In this document: positions 40,501 through 49,676 of the stretch, piece by piece
Layout: each line of letters begins with the position of its first letter
How positions within the stretch are numbered: the first letter of the stretch is position 1
Assembly (NCBI GenBank): GCA_945898275.1
Contig: CAMDHZ010000002.1
Coordinates: 5,007-69,006, forward strand
DNA length: 64,000 nucleotides
Source of the DNA: Chitinophaga pinensis
GTDB taxonomy: Bacteria > Bacteroidota > Bacteroidia > UKL13-3
Direction: 5' to 3'
Position numbers and translations under genes: made by a program
Notes under the pieces: generated by a model
Database searches by the model: none
What the model saw: only the letters and a program-made list of their open reading frames with translations
What the model was told of the DNA's origin: nothing

Positions 40501-41469
40501 GAACAAGATTTACAACCAAGCTTAAACGAGACTTATGGAATGTTTAGCACTCAAACTAGAGAAAGTGTAATACAAGCTTTTTTTAACTCCATAGAAAACT
40601 ATGAGTCGTTTGAACTCGAAGCACAGCTTAAAACTCGAAAAGGGAACATTATTGATGTTAGAATTAAAGGGATACCTTATAAAGAAAATGATAAAATCAT
40701 AGCTATTAGAGGAATTTTCCAAGATATAACAAAAGAAAAAGAAGCTAGCAGATTATTACTTCAATATACTGAAGAACTTGAAAAGAAGAACAAAGAATTA
40801 GACCAATTTGCATATGTAGTTTCACATGACTTAAAGGCACCTTTAAGGGGCATTAACAACCTGAGTATGTGGATAGAAGAAGATATTAGTGAACACCTAG
40901 AAGGCGAAACCAAAACCAATCTGGATTTAATGCGAAAACGCGTAAAACGAATGGAGGGGCTAATTGATGGAATTCTTCAATACTCAAGGGCAGGTAGGGT
41001 AAAACACCAAGCTCAGACATTTGCAACCAAAGACGTTATTGCTGAATTAATTGCAAACATGAGCCCACCTGAGAAATTTCAAATTTCGATTCAGAATGAT
41101 TTACCAACCCTCAGCACAGAAAAAATTGCTTTTGAACAAGTAATTGCTAATTATATTAGCAATGCCATAAAATACAATAATAGCCTTGAACCAACAATTA
41201 ACATTTCTTGTTCCCAAAACGGAAAATTATATGAGTTTTGTGTTGCAGATAATGGACCTGGGATTGAAAAAGAGTTTCATGAAAAAGTGTTTGTTATTTT
41301 TCAAACCCTTCAAGCCAGAGACACTTTTGAGAGCACTGGAGTCGGTTTAGCAATTGTAAAGAAAATGGTTGAGGATAAAGGAGGAAAAGTTTGGATAGAA
41401 TCTGAAAAAGGAAAAGGAGCAAAATTTTTCTTCTCATGGCCAATGGAAGAAACACAAGAAGAAGGATGA
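37591..41469 (+). CDS. Cytoplasmic multi-PAS/PAC sensor histidine kinase (no receiver domain)
   Basis: 1292 aa. N-terminal LLKRQLKKLFG coiled-coil lead. At least 7 PAS/PAC modules, with repeated ...ITERK... PAC ends. The HisKA H-box is FAYVVSHDLKAPLRGI. HATPase_c N/G1/G2 boxes are NAIKYN, DNGPGI and GVGLAIVKK. Confidence 0.85.
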   Translation: MHRLLKRQLKKLFGEESPIENNLKQLIDLVDESYNHFQSDYNKLERILELSSKESFKELSNFKNAIDTAALVSLTDAKGEILMANENFCKLSGYSLGELIGKNHSIVNSGVHDKEFWKGMWQTAGSGKIWQSEVCNRKKNKELYWVDSTIIPFLNDAGKPYQYLSIRFDISQRKKIEEEIKTLALVAQKTQNAVIISDPNGIATWTNEGFERITGYSVKEVLGKKPGWLLQGPETDLNTKAEIAAALKDIKPYNGEILNYSKSGECYWISLSITPVKEGDKHIGFIAIESDITERKAVEKRIKENEEKFRLLIESATDIFYYTDGDGNFTYVNDIATKITGFSTEELLKMNYLDLVDPKSRQKVQSFYLRQAVELKQVTYFEFPILTKLGKTAWVGQNVQLIKTSDNRLGIQAIARDITSLKDAQLEIENSHNFLNQILDSIPSPLFVKDREHNWVMVNDAYARLTGIEKNQIIGKNDLSFLPKEDAEEFISQDEEQFNTKLEKMREVSFQKQDGDEKILLVKKTVFTNQGKDYLIGVITDITDLKEREKQIILYNKMSDQISDAISVADYDGKLIYVNESHTRNLGKTKAEMIGSSIIEMEKLFPDIGAWQQHYNEVKLKGEILVEGLNMRKDGSTFPVEASVKYIRIEEKGYIVAAIRDITERKRNEEAVKQMKEFYETVLNKIPSEVVVFDKNHRYLFVNETAVKDKVKREWLVGHDDFEYCNQFNRPQEIAKERRKLFENVTSNKQQLEFEEKLFDSNGKATYTLRRFYPILDDKKEVLHIIGFGIDITSRIEAEKQTRESEERLKLATQSANLGIWDWNLKENTLIWDESMYLIFGVDPKQFSNDYEAFANTLHPEDAERVNLELQASLDEHKDFSSIFRIISDNKKIKYVTAFSKTFRNEQDEPLRMIGVYYDVTENTLTQQKLLKQQQDLEEAQHIARVGGWEIDVKERSILWSKEMFHICEYEQDLQPSLNETYGMFSTQTRESVIQAFFNSIENYESFELEAQLKTRKGNIIDVRIKGIPYKENDKIIAIRGIFQDITKEKEASRLLLQYTEELEKKNKELDQFAYVVSHDLKAPLRGINNLSMWIEEDISEHLEGETKTNLDLMRKRVKRMEGLIDGILQYSRAGRVKHQAQTFATKDVIAELIANMSPPEKFQISIQNDLPTLSTEKIAFEQVIANYISNAIKYNNSLEPTINISCSQNGKLYEFCVADNGPGIEKEFHEKVFVIFQTLQARDTFESTGVGLAIVKKMVEDKGGKVWIESEKGKGAKFFFSWPMEETQEEG

Positions 41470-41951
41470 GAGCAATTTTTTATATAGTATTCTTTTTATT
41501 TAGCACAACATTTTTAGTGGCACAACCATGTTCCGACCCATCTTTAGCTTCACCAGGCTTTAATTGTAATAAGGAATACCAACCTGTGTGTGGTTGCAAT
41601 GGTATAACTTATAGAAATACTTGCAATGCTCAATACCAAAATGGTGTGTTTTATTGGACAGATGGACCTTGCAACGGTATTTCATTTGATATAATTCCTA
41701 CATTTGTTTCAGAACAAAATCCGCAAATGGAATTTACTTTTACGCAAAACAAAGGGATTCCTGCAACGCTCTATATTTTTGATAATTTTGGCAAAGTAAT
41801 ACACCAACAAGCTTTACCAGCAGCTGATAATTTTAACCCTCCTTACTATCAAATCTTTTTTAATCTTAGCAGTTACAGGCAAGGGGTTTATGTAATTTCA
41901 ATTACCAATTCACGAGGAGACTACCTCTGGAAAAAGTTTGTTAAATATTAA
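41466..41951 (+). CDS. Secreted Kazal-like domain protein with T9SS C-terminal sorting domain
   Basis: Start ATG at 41466 overlaps the HK stop (ATGA). Signal peptide MRAIFYIVFFLFSTTFLVAQP. NCNKEYQPVCGCNGITYRNTC matches the Kazal core C-x7-C-x6-Y-x3-C. The C-terminal region (LYIFDNFGKVI...GVYVISI...) is a T9SS CTD. Confidence 0.6.
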   Translation: MRAIFYIVFFLFSTTFLVAQPCSDPSLASPGFNCNKEYQPVCGCNGITYRNTCNAQYQNGVFYWTDGPCNGISFDIIPTFVSEQNPQMEFTFTQNKGIPATLYIFDNFGKVIHQQALPAADNFNPPYYQIFFNLSSYRQGVYVISITNSRGDYLWKKFVKY

Positions 41952-41959
41952 TTAGGTAC

Positions 41960-42478
41960 CTAAGGCTTAGATTGATTAGAAGCTGTGGCAGCCTGCAATA
42001 AAATATCTCTATCAAAAAGATATAAACCACTTTTATCATCACCTATCAATTCTAATTTATCATTCAATTGTCGTGCAACACGCTCTTCTTCCATCTGCTC
42101 ATTTACATACCATTGAAGGAAACTGTGTGTGGCAAAATCTCTTGCTTTCAAGGCTGTTTCAACTAATTCATTAATACTTTCAGATACTTTAAATTCATGT
42201 TGGAGAAAGTTACCAAAGACATCTTTAACAGATGAGAATTCATCCATTGGCTTATCAATCGAAGGAATCTCTGCCTTACCTCCTCTTTCATTGATAAACT
42301 TTATTAATTTTAACATATGCAATCTCTCCTCATCAGATTGTTGGTAAAAAAAACTAGTAACACCATCTAAGCCAGGCTGTTGTTCTGCCCAAGATGCCAT
42401 TGACAAATAAGCCATTGAAGATTCTGCTTCCATCATTACTTGCTTATTCAAAGCCATATTCATATCCTTGGATAACAT
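41960..42478 (-). CDS. ftn: Non-haem ferritin
   Basis: Ferroxidase-centre residues (E...ExxH pattern: MEAESSMAYLSMASW ... EERLHMLKL). The likely start is the Met of MLSKDMN at 42478, giving 172 aa. The ORF track's longer 195-aa form adds an implausible N-terminal extension. Confidence 0.8.
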   Translation of the reverse strand: MLSKDMNMALNKQVMMEAESSMAYLSMASWAEQQPGLDGVTSFFYQQSDEERLHMLKLIKFINERGGKAEIPSIDKPMDEFSSVKDVFGNFLQHEFKVSESINELVETALKARDFATHSFLQWYVNEQMEEERVARQLNDKLELIGDDKSGLYLFDRDILLQAATASNQSKP

Positions 42479-42616
42479 AATTTTAATTTTTCTGCAAGGT
42501 AACTTATTTTTGAAATGAGGTGAATTAAAAGTAGTAACAAATGGCACAAAATTGAAATTTCTTAGAATTCAAAAAAGAATTTTTAACAATTAGTTGTGAA
42601 TTACAAATTCCTAACC

Positions 42617-42624
42617 TATTTTTG
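42617..42624 (+). promoter_or_regulatory. Candidate Bacteroidota sigma-A -7 box (TATTTTTG) with upstream TTG at 42594-42596, serving rplM-rpsI
   Basis: Matches TAnnTTTG with about 20-nt spacing to a TTG element. Sits 26 nt upstream of the rplM GTG start. Confidence 0.35.
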
Positions 42625-42650
42625 CGACCCCTTATTAAACAGATACAAGC

Positions 42651-43094
42651 GTGGACGCATTGAGTTACAAAACAATTTCAGCCAACAAGGCAACAATTAC
42701 CAAGAATTGGTTAATCGTTGATGCTGAAGGACAAACATTAGGCCGTTTTGCCAGTAAAATTGCAAATATATTACGTGGCAAGAACAAACCTTCATTTACA
42801 CCACATGCAGATTGCGGTGATTATGTGATTATTATTAACGCTGAGAAAATCAGATTCACAGGCAACAAAGTAAACGAAAAGGAGTACAAATTCTTCTCTG
42901 GATACCCAGGAGGTTTGCGATACGAAGTTGCAAAAGACATTTTAGTTAGGAGACCAACTTACGTAGTTGAGCATGCAATAAAAGGTATGCTACCAAAAAA
43001 TAAATTAGGCTCACAGTTATTTAGAAACTTGCATGTATATGCTGGATCTGAACATCCACATGGAGCTCAACAACCAAAAGAAATAAAATTCTAA
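42651..43094 (+). CDS. rplM: 50S ribosomal protein L13
   Basis: MDALSYKTISANKATITKNWLIVDAEGQTLGRFASKIANILRGKNKPSFTPH is a typical L13 N-terminus. GTG start, with a stop 15 nt upstream in frame. Confidence 0.9.
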   Translation: MDALSYKTISANKATITKNWLIVDAEGQTLGRFASKIANILRGKNKPSFTPHADCGDYVIIINAEKIRFTGNKVNEKEYKFFSGYPGGLRYEVAKDILVRRPTYVVEHAIKGMLPKNKLGSQLFRNLHVYAGSEHPHGAQQPKEIKF

Positions 43095-43097
43095 TAC

Positions 43098-43484
43098 ATG
43101 GAAGTTAATAACGCATTAGGAAGAAGAAAAACAGCTGTAGCCCGAGTTTATATAACTCCGGGAACAGGAAATGTCACCATCAATAAAAAGGAACTTAAAA
43201 CCTATTTTCCTACTTTAAGTTTACAAATTGCTGTAAATAAGCCATTTGAAGTAACTAGTACCAGCGGACAATTTGATGTTACAGCCCATATTGATGGCGG
43301 AGGTATAACTGGTCAGGCAGATGCTTTAAAATTAGCTATTGCAAGAGCATTGGTAAAAAACAATGCAGAAACAAAACCAGCTTTAAAAGTTAATGGACTA
43401 CTTACTCGTGACCCAAGAATGGTTGAACGTAAGAAGCCAGGACAAAAGAAGGCTCGTAAACGTTTCCAATTCGTAAAACGTTAA
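43098..43484 (+). CDS. rpsI: 30S ribosomal protein S9
   Basis: 128 aa. C-terminal ...RKKPGQKKARKRFQFVKR is the S9 signature. Confidence 0.9.
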   Translation: MEVNNALGRRKTAVARVYITPGTGNVTINKKELKTYFPTLSLQIAVNKPFEVTSTSGQFDVTAHIDGGGITGQADALKLAIARALVKNNAETKPALKVNGLLTRDPRMVERKKPGQKKARKRFQFVKR

Positions 43485-43506
43485 TCAGAATTATTTTAAT
43501 TTTTAT

Positions 43507-44250
43507 ATGTCTAATATCACGCACGAAGAGTTGCTGGAAGCGGGAGTGCACTTTGGTCACTTAACCCGCAAATGGAATCCAAAAATGGCACCATATATTT
43601 TTATGGAAAAAAATGGAATCCACCTCATCGATTTACACAAAACAGCTGTAAAGCTGGATGAGGCCGCTCAAGCCATAAAAAACATCGTTAAATCTGGTCG
43701 TAAAGTACTTTACGTTGCCACTAAAAAACAAGCGAAAGAGATCGTTGAAAACGAAGCAAAAAGGGTTAACATGCCTTTTATCTGTGATCGTTGGCTTGGT
43801 GGTATGTTAACTAATTTTGGTACAGTTAGAAAAAGCATCAAGAAAATGCAAACTCTTGAAAAGCTTTCTTCAGATGGTACATATGTTAACATTAACAAGA
43901 AAGAGCGTCTAATGATTGAGCGCGAAAAAATCAAGTTAAAAAAGGTTTTAGGAGGCATTGCAGACTTAAACAGGCTACCTGCAGCTTTATTTATCGTTGA
44001 TATTCGTAGAGAACATATCGCAGTTTCAGAAGCCACTAAACTTAACATACCAACTTTTGGAATTGTTGATACAAACTCTGATCCAACGTTGGTTGATTAT
44101 CCAATTCCAGCAAACGATGATGCTGCAAAATCAATCTCTTTAATTGCACGCTATATTACAGACTCAATTGTTGAGGGATTAGCAGAGCGTAAACGTGAGA
44201 AGGAAGAAACAGTAGATAAAGAGGCTGTTATCGAAAAAGAAGAAGCATAA
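43507..44250 (+). CDS. rpsB: 30S ribosomal protein S2
   Basis: 247 aa. LLEAGVHFGHLTRKWNPKMAPYIF is the S2 signature. Confidence 0.9.
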   Translation: MSNITHEELLEAGVHFGHLTRKWNPKMAPYIFMEKNGIHLIDLHKTAVKLDEAAQAIKNIVKSGRKVLYVATKKQAKEIVENEAKRVNMPFICDRWLGGMLTNFGTVRKSIKKMQTLEKLSSDGTYVNINKKERLMIEREKIKLKKVLGGIADLNRLPAALFIVDIRREHIAVSEATKLNIPTFGIVDTNSDPTLVDYPIPANDDAAKSISLIARYITDSIVEGLAERKREKEETVDKEAVIEKEEA

Positions 44251-44256
44251 AATTTA

Positions 44257-44288
44257 AAGCCTTCCCCTTTTGGTGAAGGCTTTTTTTA
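44257..44288 (+). terminator. Rho-independent terminator / attenuator between rpsB and tsf
   Basis: AAGCCTTC-CCCTTTT-GGTGAAGGCTT hairpin followed by T7. Confidence 0.6.
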
Positions 44289-44307
44289 AAATATAAAATT
44301 TAATAAA

Positions 44308-45138
44308 ATGACAACAATAACCGCATCAGATGTAAACAAACTTCGCACTATGACAGGTGCGGGTATGATGGATTGCAAAAAGGCACTTCAAGAAACTAAT
44401 GGAGATTTCGAGGCTGCCGTTGATTTTTTGCGCAAAAAGGGAGCTAAAATTTCAGCAAATAGAGCTGACAGAGATGCTAAAGAAGGTGCAATTATTGCAA
44501 AAGTTTTAGAAAACAAAACTTTTGGAATTATACTTCAATTAAGTTGTGAAACAGATTTCGTTGCAAAAAACGAAGACTTTGTAGCATTCGCTCATAAATT
44601 AGCTGACACAGCTTTAGCAAATAAAGCTCAAAATGTTGATGCTTTGAAAGCTTTAACAATGGATGGTGGTAATGTAGGGGATAAAATTATTGAACAAGTA
44701 GGAAAAATTGGCGAGAAAATAGACGTAGTTCGTTACGAAGTAATGGAAGGAACTAATCTTGTTCCTTATATTCACGCAGGAAATAGAATCGGTGTGCTTG
44801 TGTCTTTAAACATCGCTCCAAACGAAAATAACTTCTCAGCAGGTAAAGACGTTGCTATGCAAATTGCAGCGCTTAATCCAGTTGCATTAGACAAAGAAGA
44901 TGTAGATGCCAGCGTAATCGAAAGAGAAATGGCGATTGGCATGGATCAAGCCCGTGCAGAAGGTAAGCCAGAAAATATGTTAGAGAAAATTGCTCAAGGT
45001 AAACTCGGAAAATTTTATAAAGATTCAACACTCTTGAATCAAGAGTTTGTAAAAGATAGCAGCAAAACAATTTCCCAAATGCTCGATAGTATTGAAAAGG
45101 GACTTACAGTAACAGCATTCAAAAGAGTTTCTCTATAA
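44308..45138 (+). CDS. tsf: Elongation factor Ts
   Basis: 276 aa. N-terminal UBA-like [16 protein letters not shown] motif, then the EF-Ts dimerisation core. Confidence 0.9.
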   Translation: MTTITASDVNKLRTMTGAGMMDCKKALQETNGDFEAAVDFLRKKGAKISANRADRDAKEGAIIAKVLENKTFGIILQLSCETDFVAKNEDFVAFAHKLADTALANKAQNVDALKALTMDGGNVGDKIIEQVGKIGEKIDVVRYEVMEGTNLVPYIHAGNRIGVLVSLNIAPNENNFSAGKDVAMQIAALNPVALDKEDVDASVIEREMAIGMDQARAEGKPENMLEKIAQGKLGKFYKDSTLLNQEFVKDSSKTISQMLDSIEKGLTVTAFKRVSL

Positions 45139-45146
45139 TAAAAAAT

Positions 45147-45178
45147 CCTCTCCGAAACGAGAGGATTTTTTTTTCTTA
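45147..45178 (+). terminator. Rho-independent terminator after tsf
   Basis: AATCCTCTC-CGAAAC-GAGAGGATT hairpin followed by T9. Confidence 0.65.
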
Positions 45179-45206
45179 TTTTTGTTTCACAACAATTTTT
45201 AGACTT

Positions 45207-45914
45207 ATGAAATACAAAAGAATATTATTAAAACTTAGTGGTGAAGCCCTAATGGGGTCACTTCAATATGGAATAGATCCTAGCATACTTGAACAATATG
45301 CCAAAGAAGTAAAACAAGTTGTAGATGCTGGAGTAGAAGTTGCTATTGTAATTGGAGGCGGAAATATTTTTAGAGGTGTTCAAGGGGTTTCCGGAGGTCT
45401 TGTAGAAAGAGCACAAGGGGATTATATGGGAATGTTGGCAACGGTAATTAATGCTATGGCACTTCAAGGTGCACTTGAGAAATATGGCATGAAAACACGT
45501 TTACAAAGTGCCATACACATGGATCAAATTGCTGAACCTTTTATTAGACGTAAAGCAATAAGACACCTTGAAAAAGGAAGAGTGGTTATTTTTGGCGCAG
45601 GAACAGGAAACCCCTATTTTACAACAGATACAGCAGCCTCTTTAAGAGCCGTCGAAATAGAAGCAAATCTTGTTCTTAAAGGCACTAGGGTTGATGGTAT
45701 ATACACTGCAGATCCTGAAAAAGACGCCACTGCTACAAGGTTTGAAAACATCAGCTATGAGGAAGTTTATGAAAGAGGATTAAATGTAATGGACCTTACT
45801 GCTATTACGCTATGTCAAGAAAATAAAATGTCAATAGTAGTTTTTGACATGAACAAAGCAGGGAATTTGCTAAATGTTTGTAAAGGTGAAAATGTAGGAA
45901 CCACTGTAAGTTAA
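45207..45914 (+). CDS. pyrH: UMP kinase
   Basis: 235 aa. [12 protein letters not shown] ... GGGNIFRG ... aspartokinase/UMPK fold motifs. Confidence 0.9.
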   Translation: MKYKRILLKLSGEALMGSLQYGIDPSILEQYAKEVKQVVDAGVEVAIVIGGGNIFRGVQGVSGGLVERAQGDYMGMLATVINAMALQGALEKYGMKTRLQSAIHMDQIAEPFIRRKAIRHLEKGRVVIFGAGTGNPYFTTDTAASLRAVEIEANLVLKGTRVDGIYTADPEKDATATRFENISYEEVYERGLNVMDLTAITLCQENKMSIVVFDMNKAGNLLNVCKGENVGTTVS

Positions 45915-45917
45915 CTT

Positions 45918-47837
45918 TTAAACCTTCTGGCGAACTCCTAACACGGACTTTACCATAGAGAAAATGCTTTTTGCATCATATTCGCACTCTTGGTAAAGTT
46001 CTTGTTGTTCACCATGTTCTACAATTCTATCTGGCATCCCTAGTCGTTTAACATCAGAATTATAATGATGATCGGCCATAAATTCTAGCACAGCTGAGCC
46101 AAATCCACCTACTATTGTCCCATCTTCAATTGTAATTATTTGTTTGAATGTAGAAAATACTTCATGTAATAACTCTTCATCAATTGGCTTAACGAATCTC
46201 ATATCATAATGAGCCCCTTTAATTCCTTCCTTATCTAATAAATTCAAAGCAGTTTGAGCAAGATTACCAGCAGTTCCAAAAGATAAAATCGCAATATCTT
46301 TTCCATCTCTCAACTTTCTACCTTTTCCAATCTCCAACTTTACTAATGGCCTTTTCCAATCAATCATTACCCCATTACCCCTTGGATATCTTATACTAAA
46401 AGGTCCAGCATTTTCTGGAAGACTTGCAGTATACATTAAATTTCTAAGTTCTTCTTCATCCATTGGAGCAGAAACCACCATATTTGGAACACAACGCATA
46501 AAAGGAATATCCAACATTCCATGGTGCGTCTGACCATCGGCTCCAGCTAATCCAGCCCTATCCATACAAAATACAACATGTAGCTTTTGCAATGCCACAT
46601 CATGTACAACTTGATCATAGGCCCTTTGCATAAATGTTGAATAAATATTACAAAAAGGAACCAATCCTTGTGTTGCTAAACCTGCACTAAATGTTACCGC
46701 ATGCTGCTCAGCAATTCCAACGTCAAAAGCTCTGTCTGGCATTGCTTTCATCATAATATTCATACTACTACCAGAAGGCATTGCAGGAGTTACACCAACA
46801 ATCAATGGATTTTTTTCAGCCAATTCAACTAAAGTATTACCAAATACATCCTGATACTTTGGCGGCTGAGGTGAAACTATGGCTGATTTGAAAATTTCTC
46901 CGCTAACTTTATCAAATAATCCTGGGGCATGCCACTTGGTCTGATCCTTCTCAGCTGGAGCAAATCCTTTCCCCTTAACCGTCACACAATGTAAAAGCTT
47001 AGGACCAGGGATTTTTTTCAAGTCATTAAAAATTTTTACCAAATGGTTCACATCATGCCCATCAACTGGTCCAAAATACCTAAAACCGAGCGCTTCAAAT
47101 AAATTACTGTGCTTAAGCAAGCCTCCCTTTAATGTATCATGTACTTTGGATAAAATATCTTGCGATATTTTTCCCATTTTGCTCAGCTTATCTAATGTTT
47201 TCCAAATATCATCCTTAAACCTATTGTAAGTTGGAGAAGTGGTAATATCTGTCAGATATTCTTTTAGCGCACCAACATTTGGATCAATACTCATACAATT
47301 GTCATTTAAGACAACAATAATATTAGCATTGGCAACCCCAGCATGATTTAATCCTTCAAAGGCCATTCCACCAGTTAAAGCACCATCGCCAATAACAGCA
47401 ATATGTTGCCTGTCATGTTCTCCTTTTAACTTTGATGCAACAGCCATACCTAATGCGGCAGAAATAGAAGTAGAAGAATGTCCAACCCCAAAAGCATCAT
47501 ATTCACTTTCACTTCGCTTAGGAAAACCAGAAATACCTTGATAAGTTCTATTTGTATGAAATACATCTCGCCTACCAGTCAGAATTTTATGCCCATACGC
47601 TTGGTGTCCCACATCCCAAACCAGTTGATCAAAAGGCGTATTGAATGCATAATGCAAAGCTACAGTTAACTCAACCACTCCTAAACTGGCTCCAAAATGG
47701 CCACCATAAACAGATACTGTATCTATAATATATTGCCTTAGTTCAGCAGCTATTTTTACTAATTCTTCTTCATTCAGCTTTTTTAGGTCTGAAGGGAGCA
47801 TAATAGGCTCCAAATTTTTTCCAGGGTTAATCTTCAT
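45918..47837 (-). CDS. dxs: 1-deoxy-D-xylulose-5-phosphate synthase
   Basis: 639 aa. ThDP-binding GDGALTGGMAFEGLNHAG, GHSSTSISAALGMA, and a transketolase-like C-terminal domain. Confidence 0.95.
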   Translation of the reverse strand: MKINPGKNLEPIMLPSDLKKLNEEELVKIAAELRQYIIDTVSVYGGHFGASLGVVELTVALHYAFNTPFDQLVWDVGHQAYGHKILTGRRDVFHTNRTYQGISGFPKRSESEYDAFGVGHSSTSISAALGMAVASKLKGEHDRQHIAVIGDGALTGGMAFEGLNHAGVANANIIVVLNDNCMSIDPNVGALKEYLTDITTSPTYNRFKDDIWKTLDKLSKMGKISQDILSKVHDTLKGGLLKHSNLFEALGFRYFGPVDGHDVNHLVKIFNDLKKIPGPKLLHCVTVKGKGFAPAEKDQTKWHAPGLFDKVSGEIFKSAIVSPQPPKYQDVFGNTLVELAEKNPLIVGVTPAMPSGSSMNIMMKAMPDRAFDVGIAEQHAVTFSAGLATQGLVPFCNIYSTFMQRAYDQVVHDVALQKLHVVFCMDRAGLAGADGQTHHGMLDIPFMRCVPNMVVSAPMDEEELRNLMYTASLPENAGPFSIRYPRGNGVMIDWKRPLVKLEIGKGRKLRDGKDIAILSFGTAGNLAQTALNLLDKEGIKGAHYDMRFVKPIDEELLHEVFSTFKQIITIEDGTIVGGFGSAVLEFMADHHYNSDVKRLGMPDRIVEHGEQQELYQECEYDAKSIFSMVKSVLGVRQKV

Positions 47838-47997
47838 TTTTAGGTCGAATAAGAAATTTTCCAGCTTTTACGCTTACAAATAATTAATAAACATCAATTA
47901 CCAATTAAGGTTTTACTTTATAAAAGCATGTAAAAATAAGTAATGGATTTTATATTTAAATCCAACGATAAGAATTAAATAAGATTATTGCATGGCA

Positions 47998-48762
47998 TTA
48001 TAATCTTGCCTCACTAACTATTAAATCCTTTGGGTGAATAGATAATACTGGAACTTCTGAATTTTTTATCATTTGTTCAGAGTATTTTCCTTTAAAGAAT
48101 GATGCTAAACTTGTTTCTTGCTCAGTCATGATAGCAATTAGTCCGGCAGACTTTTCTTCGGCATAGGCTAAGATTGTCTCAGTTGGATTGCCACCTAATC
48201 TCATGTCGGTAGTTACTCTAACTCCCTTTTCTTCTATGTTATTACTAACTTGCCTCATATAATTCTTAATTAAAACTTCAGCATCCTTTCCTGTTTCGCT
48301 GCTCACACCTAAAACATGAATAGTGGAATTAAACATCTTTCCAAACTCTACAGCATAAGGAACCTTTTGGCGGGTTTCGGATGATGTATCTAAGGGAATA
48401 ATGATATTCGTGAAATCAATCCCAGAGTTAATGGTGGGTATAGTAAGAACTATGCTTCCTAGTTTATCAATTAACGAATTAGCTTCCTTAGCTGTAATTA
48501 ATCCTTGAGCACCTGAATCAGTAGTTATGGAAACTATAACCAGATCTGAATTACTCTTTATAATAGTATTAATTGCCTCCTTCTCGGAATTAACATTAAC
48601 AATTTCTACACCATGGCCAAATGATAAACCTGCAGAATTAAAAGTAATAACTAAACAATTAGCATTAAACTGACTTCTAAGTTTGGATAACAAATCAACT
48701 GCAGAAGGACAAGATTTTGAATCTCTTATTGCAAGGCAAATGTTGGACAATTTAACTGACAT
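47998..48762 (-). CDS. Universal stress protein family (tandem Usp-like domains)
   Basis: 254 aa. The C-terminal half carries the Usp ATP-binding-like pattern (...VLGVSS... GSVS-like). Low sequence complexity. Confidence 0.6.
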   Translation of the reverse strand: MSVKLSNICLAIRDSKSCPSAVDLLSKLRSQFNANCLVITFNSAGLSFGHGVEIVNVNSEKEAINTIIKSNSDLVIVSITTDSGAQGLITAKEANSLIDKLGSIVLTIPTINSGIDFTNIIIPLDTSSETRQKVPYAVEFGKMFNSTIHVLGVSSETGKDAEVLIKNYMRQVSNNIEEKGVRVTTDMRLGGNPTETILAYAEEKSAGLIAIMTEQETSLASFFKGKYSEQMIKNSEVPVLSIHPKDLIVSEARL

Positions 48763-48891
48763 AAGGAAATATATTTATTTAAAAATAACTTAACTCACTC
48801 AAACTAAATGTTAATTAAATTTAAAAAAACAAATAAAAACTATAATTAACTTATATCCAGATATTTAAATTTTAAGAAAATTATAAGAAAA

Positions 48892-49674
48892 TTAATTTCC
48901 ATTAAAAATTGGCCTTCTTTTTTCATTAAAGGCCGTAACACCCTCTTTATAATCATTACTTTTTCCAGCAATCTCTTGGCAAAATGCTTCATACTCTAAC
49001 ATTTCATCCAAATTAGCAGTATACGATTTTTGAAGCATCTTTTTCATTAAACCAATGGCTTTAGTAGGTGCTGAAGCATAATATTGAATAAATTTCTCAA
49101 CCTCATTCTCTAGTTCTTCAGGTTTTACTACACGATTTACCATTCCCCAATCGTAAGCTTGCTGTGCAGAAACTTTTGTGCCCATTGTAGCAAGTTCAAA
49201 AGCTCTGGCCGAACCTAAAACTCTAGGCAAAAAATAGGAAGATCCACTATCCAAGACTAAACCAACATTAACAAAAACCTCAATCAAGGAAGCATTTTCA
49301 GCGGCAACAATTATATCACATGCCAGGGCCAACGAGCAACCTGCACCTGCTGCAACTCCATTCAATTTGCAAATCACGGGAATCGACAAATTTCTAATTG
49401 CCTTTATCATTGGATTGTATCTCTTATATAGACTCTCACTTAAACTCCTATCCTTTTTTCCAGCAATGTCTTTTAAATCTTGTCCACTGCAAAATGCCTT
49501 TCCTGCACCCGTAATAACCAAAACTCTAACACTTTTATCCTTACCTACTAACTTTAAAGCATCATTTACATCTTTACTTAATTCTTCATTAAAAGCATTA
49601 AATACATCAGGCCTATTCAACGTGATAGTTGCTACCCCATTTTCATTTGAAAATAAAATTGTTTGAAAATTCAT
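48892..49674 (-). CDS. Enoyl-CoA hydratase/isomerase (crotonase) family protein
   Basis: 260 aa. Crotonase fold motifs VLVITGAGKAFCSGQDL and ...AAGAGCSLALACD. Confidence 0.85.
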   Translation of the reverse strand: MNFQTILFSNENGVATITLNRPDVFNAFNEELSKDVNDALKLVGKDKSVRVLVITGAGKAFCSGQDLKDIAGKKDRSLSESLYKRYNPMIKAIRNLSIPVICKLNGVAAGAGCSLALACDIIVAAENASLIEVFVNVGLVLDSGSSYFLPRVLGSARAFELATMGTKVSAQQAYDWGMVNRVVKPEELENEVEKFIQYYASAPTKAIGLMKKMLQKSYTANLDEMLEYEAFCQEIAGKSNDYKEGVTAFNEKRRPIFNGN

Positions 49675-49676
49675 AA

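Noticed and set aside
41436-42547. Long N-terminal extensions in the ORF track for the Kazal protein (start 41436) and ferritin (start 42547)
   Set aside because: The extensions, MANGRNTRRR... and MPFVTTFNSPHFKNKLPCRKIKI..., precede clear signal-peptide or ferritin starts and overlap neighbouring genes. Internal ATGs at 41466 and 42478 give canonical proteins.
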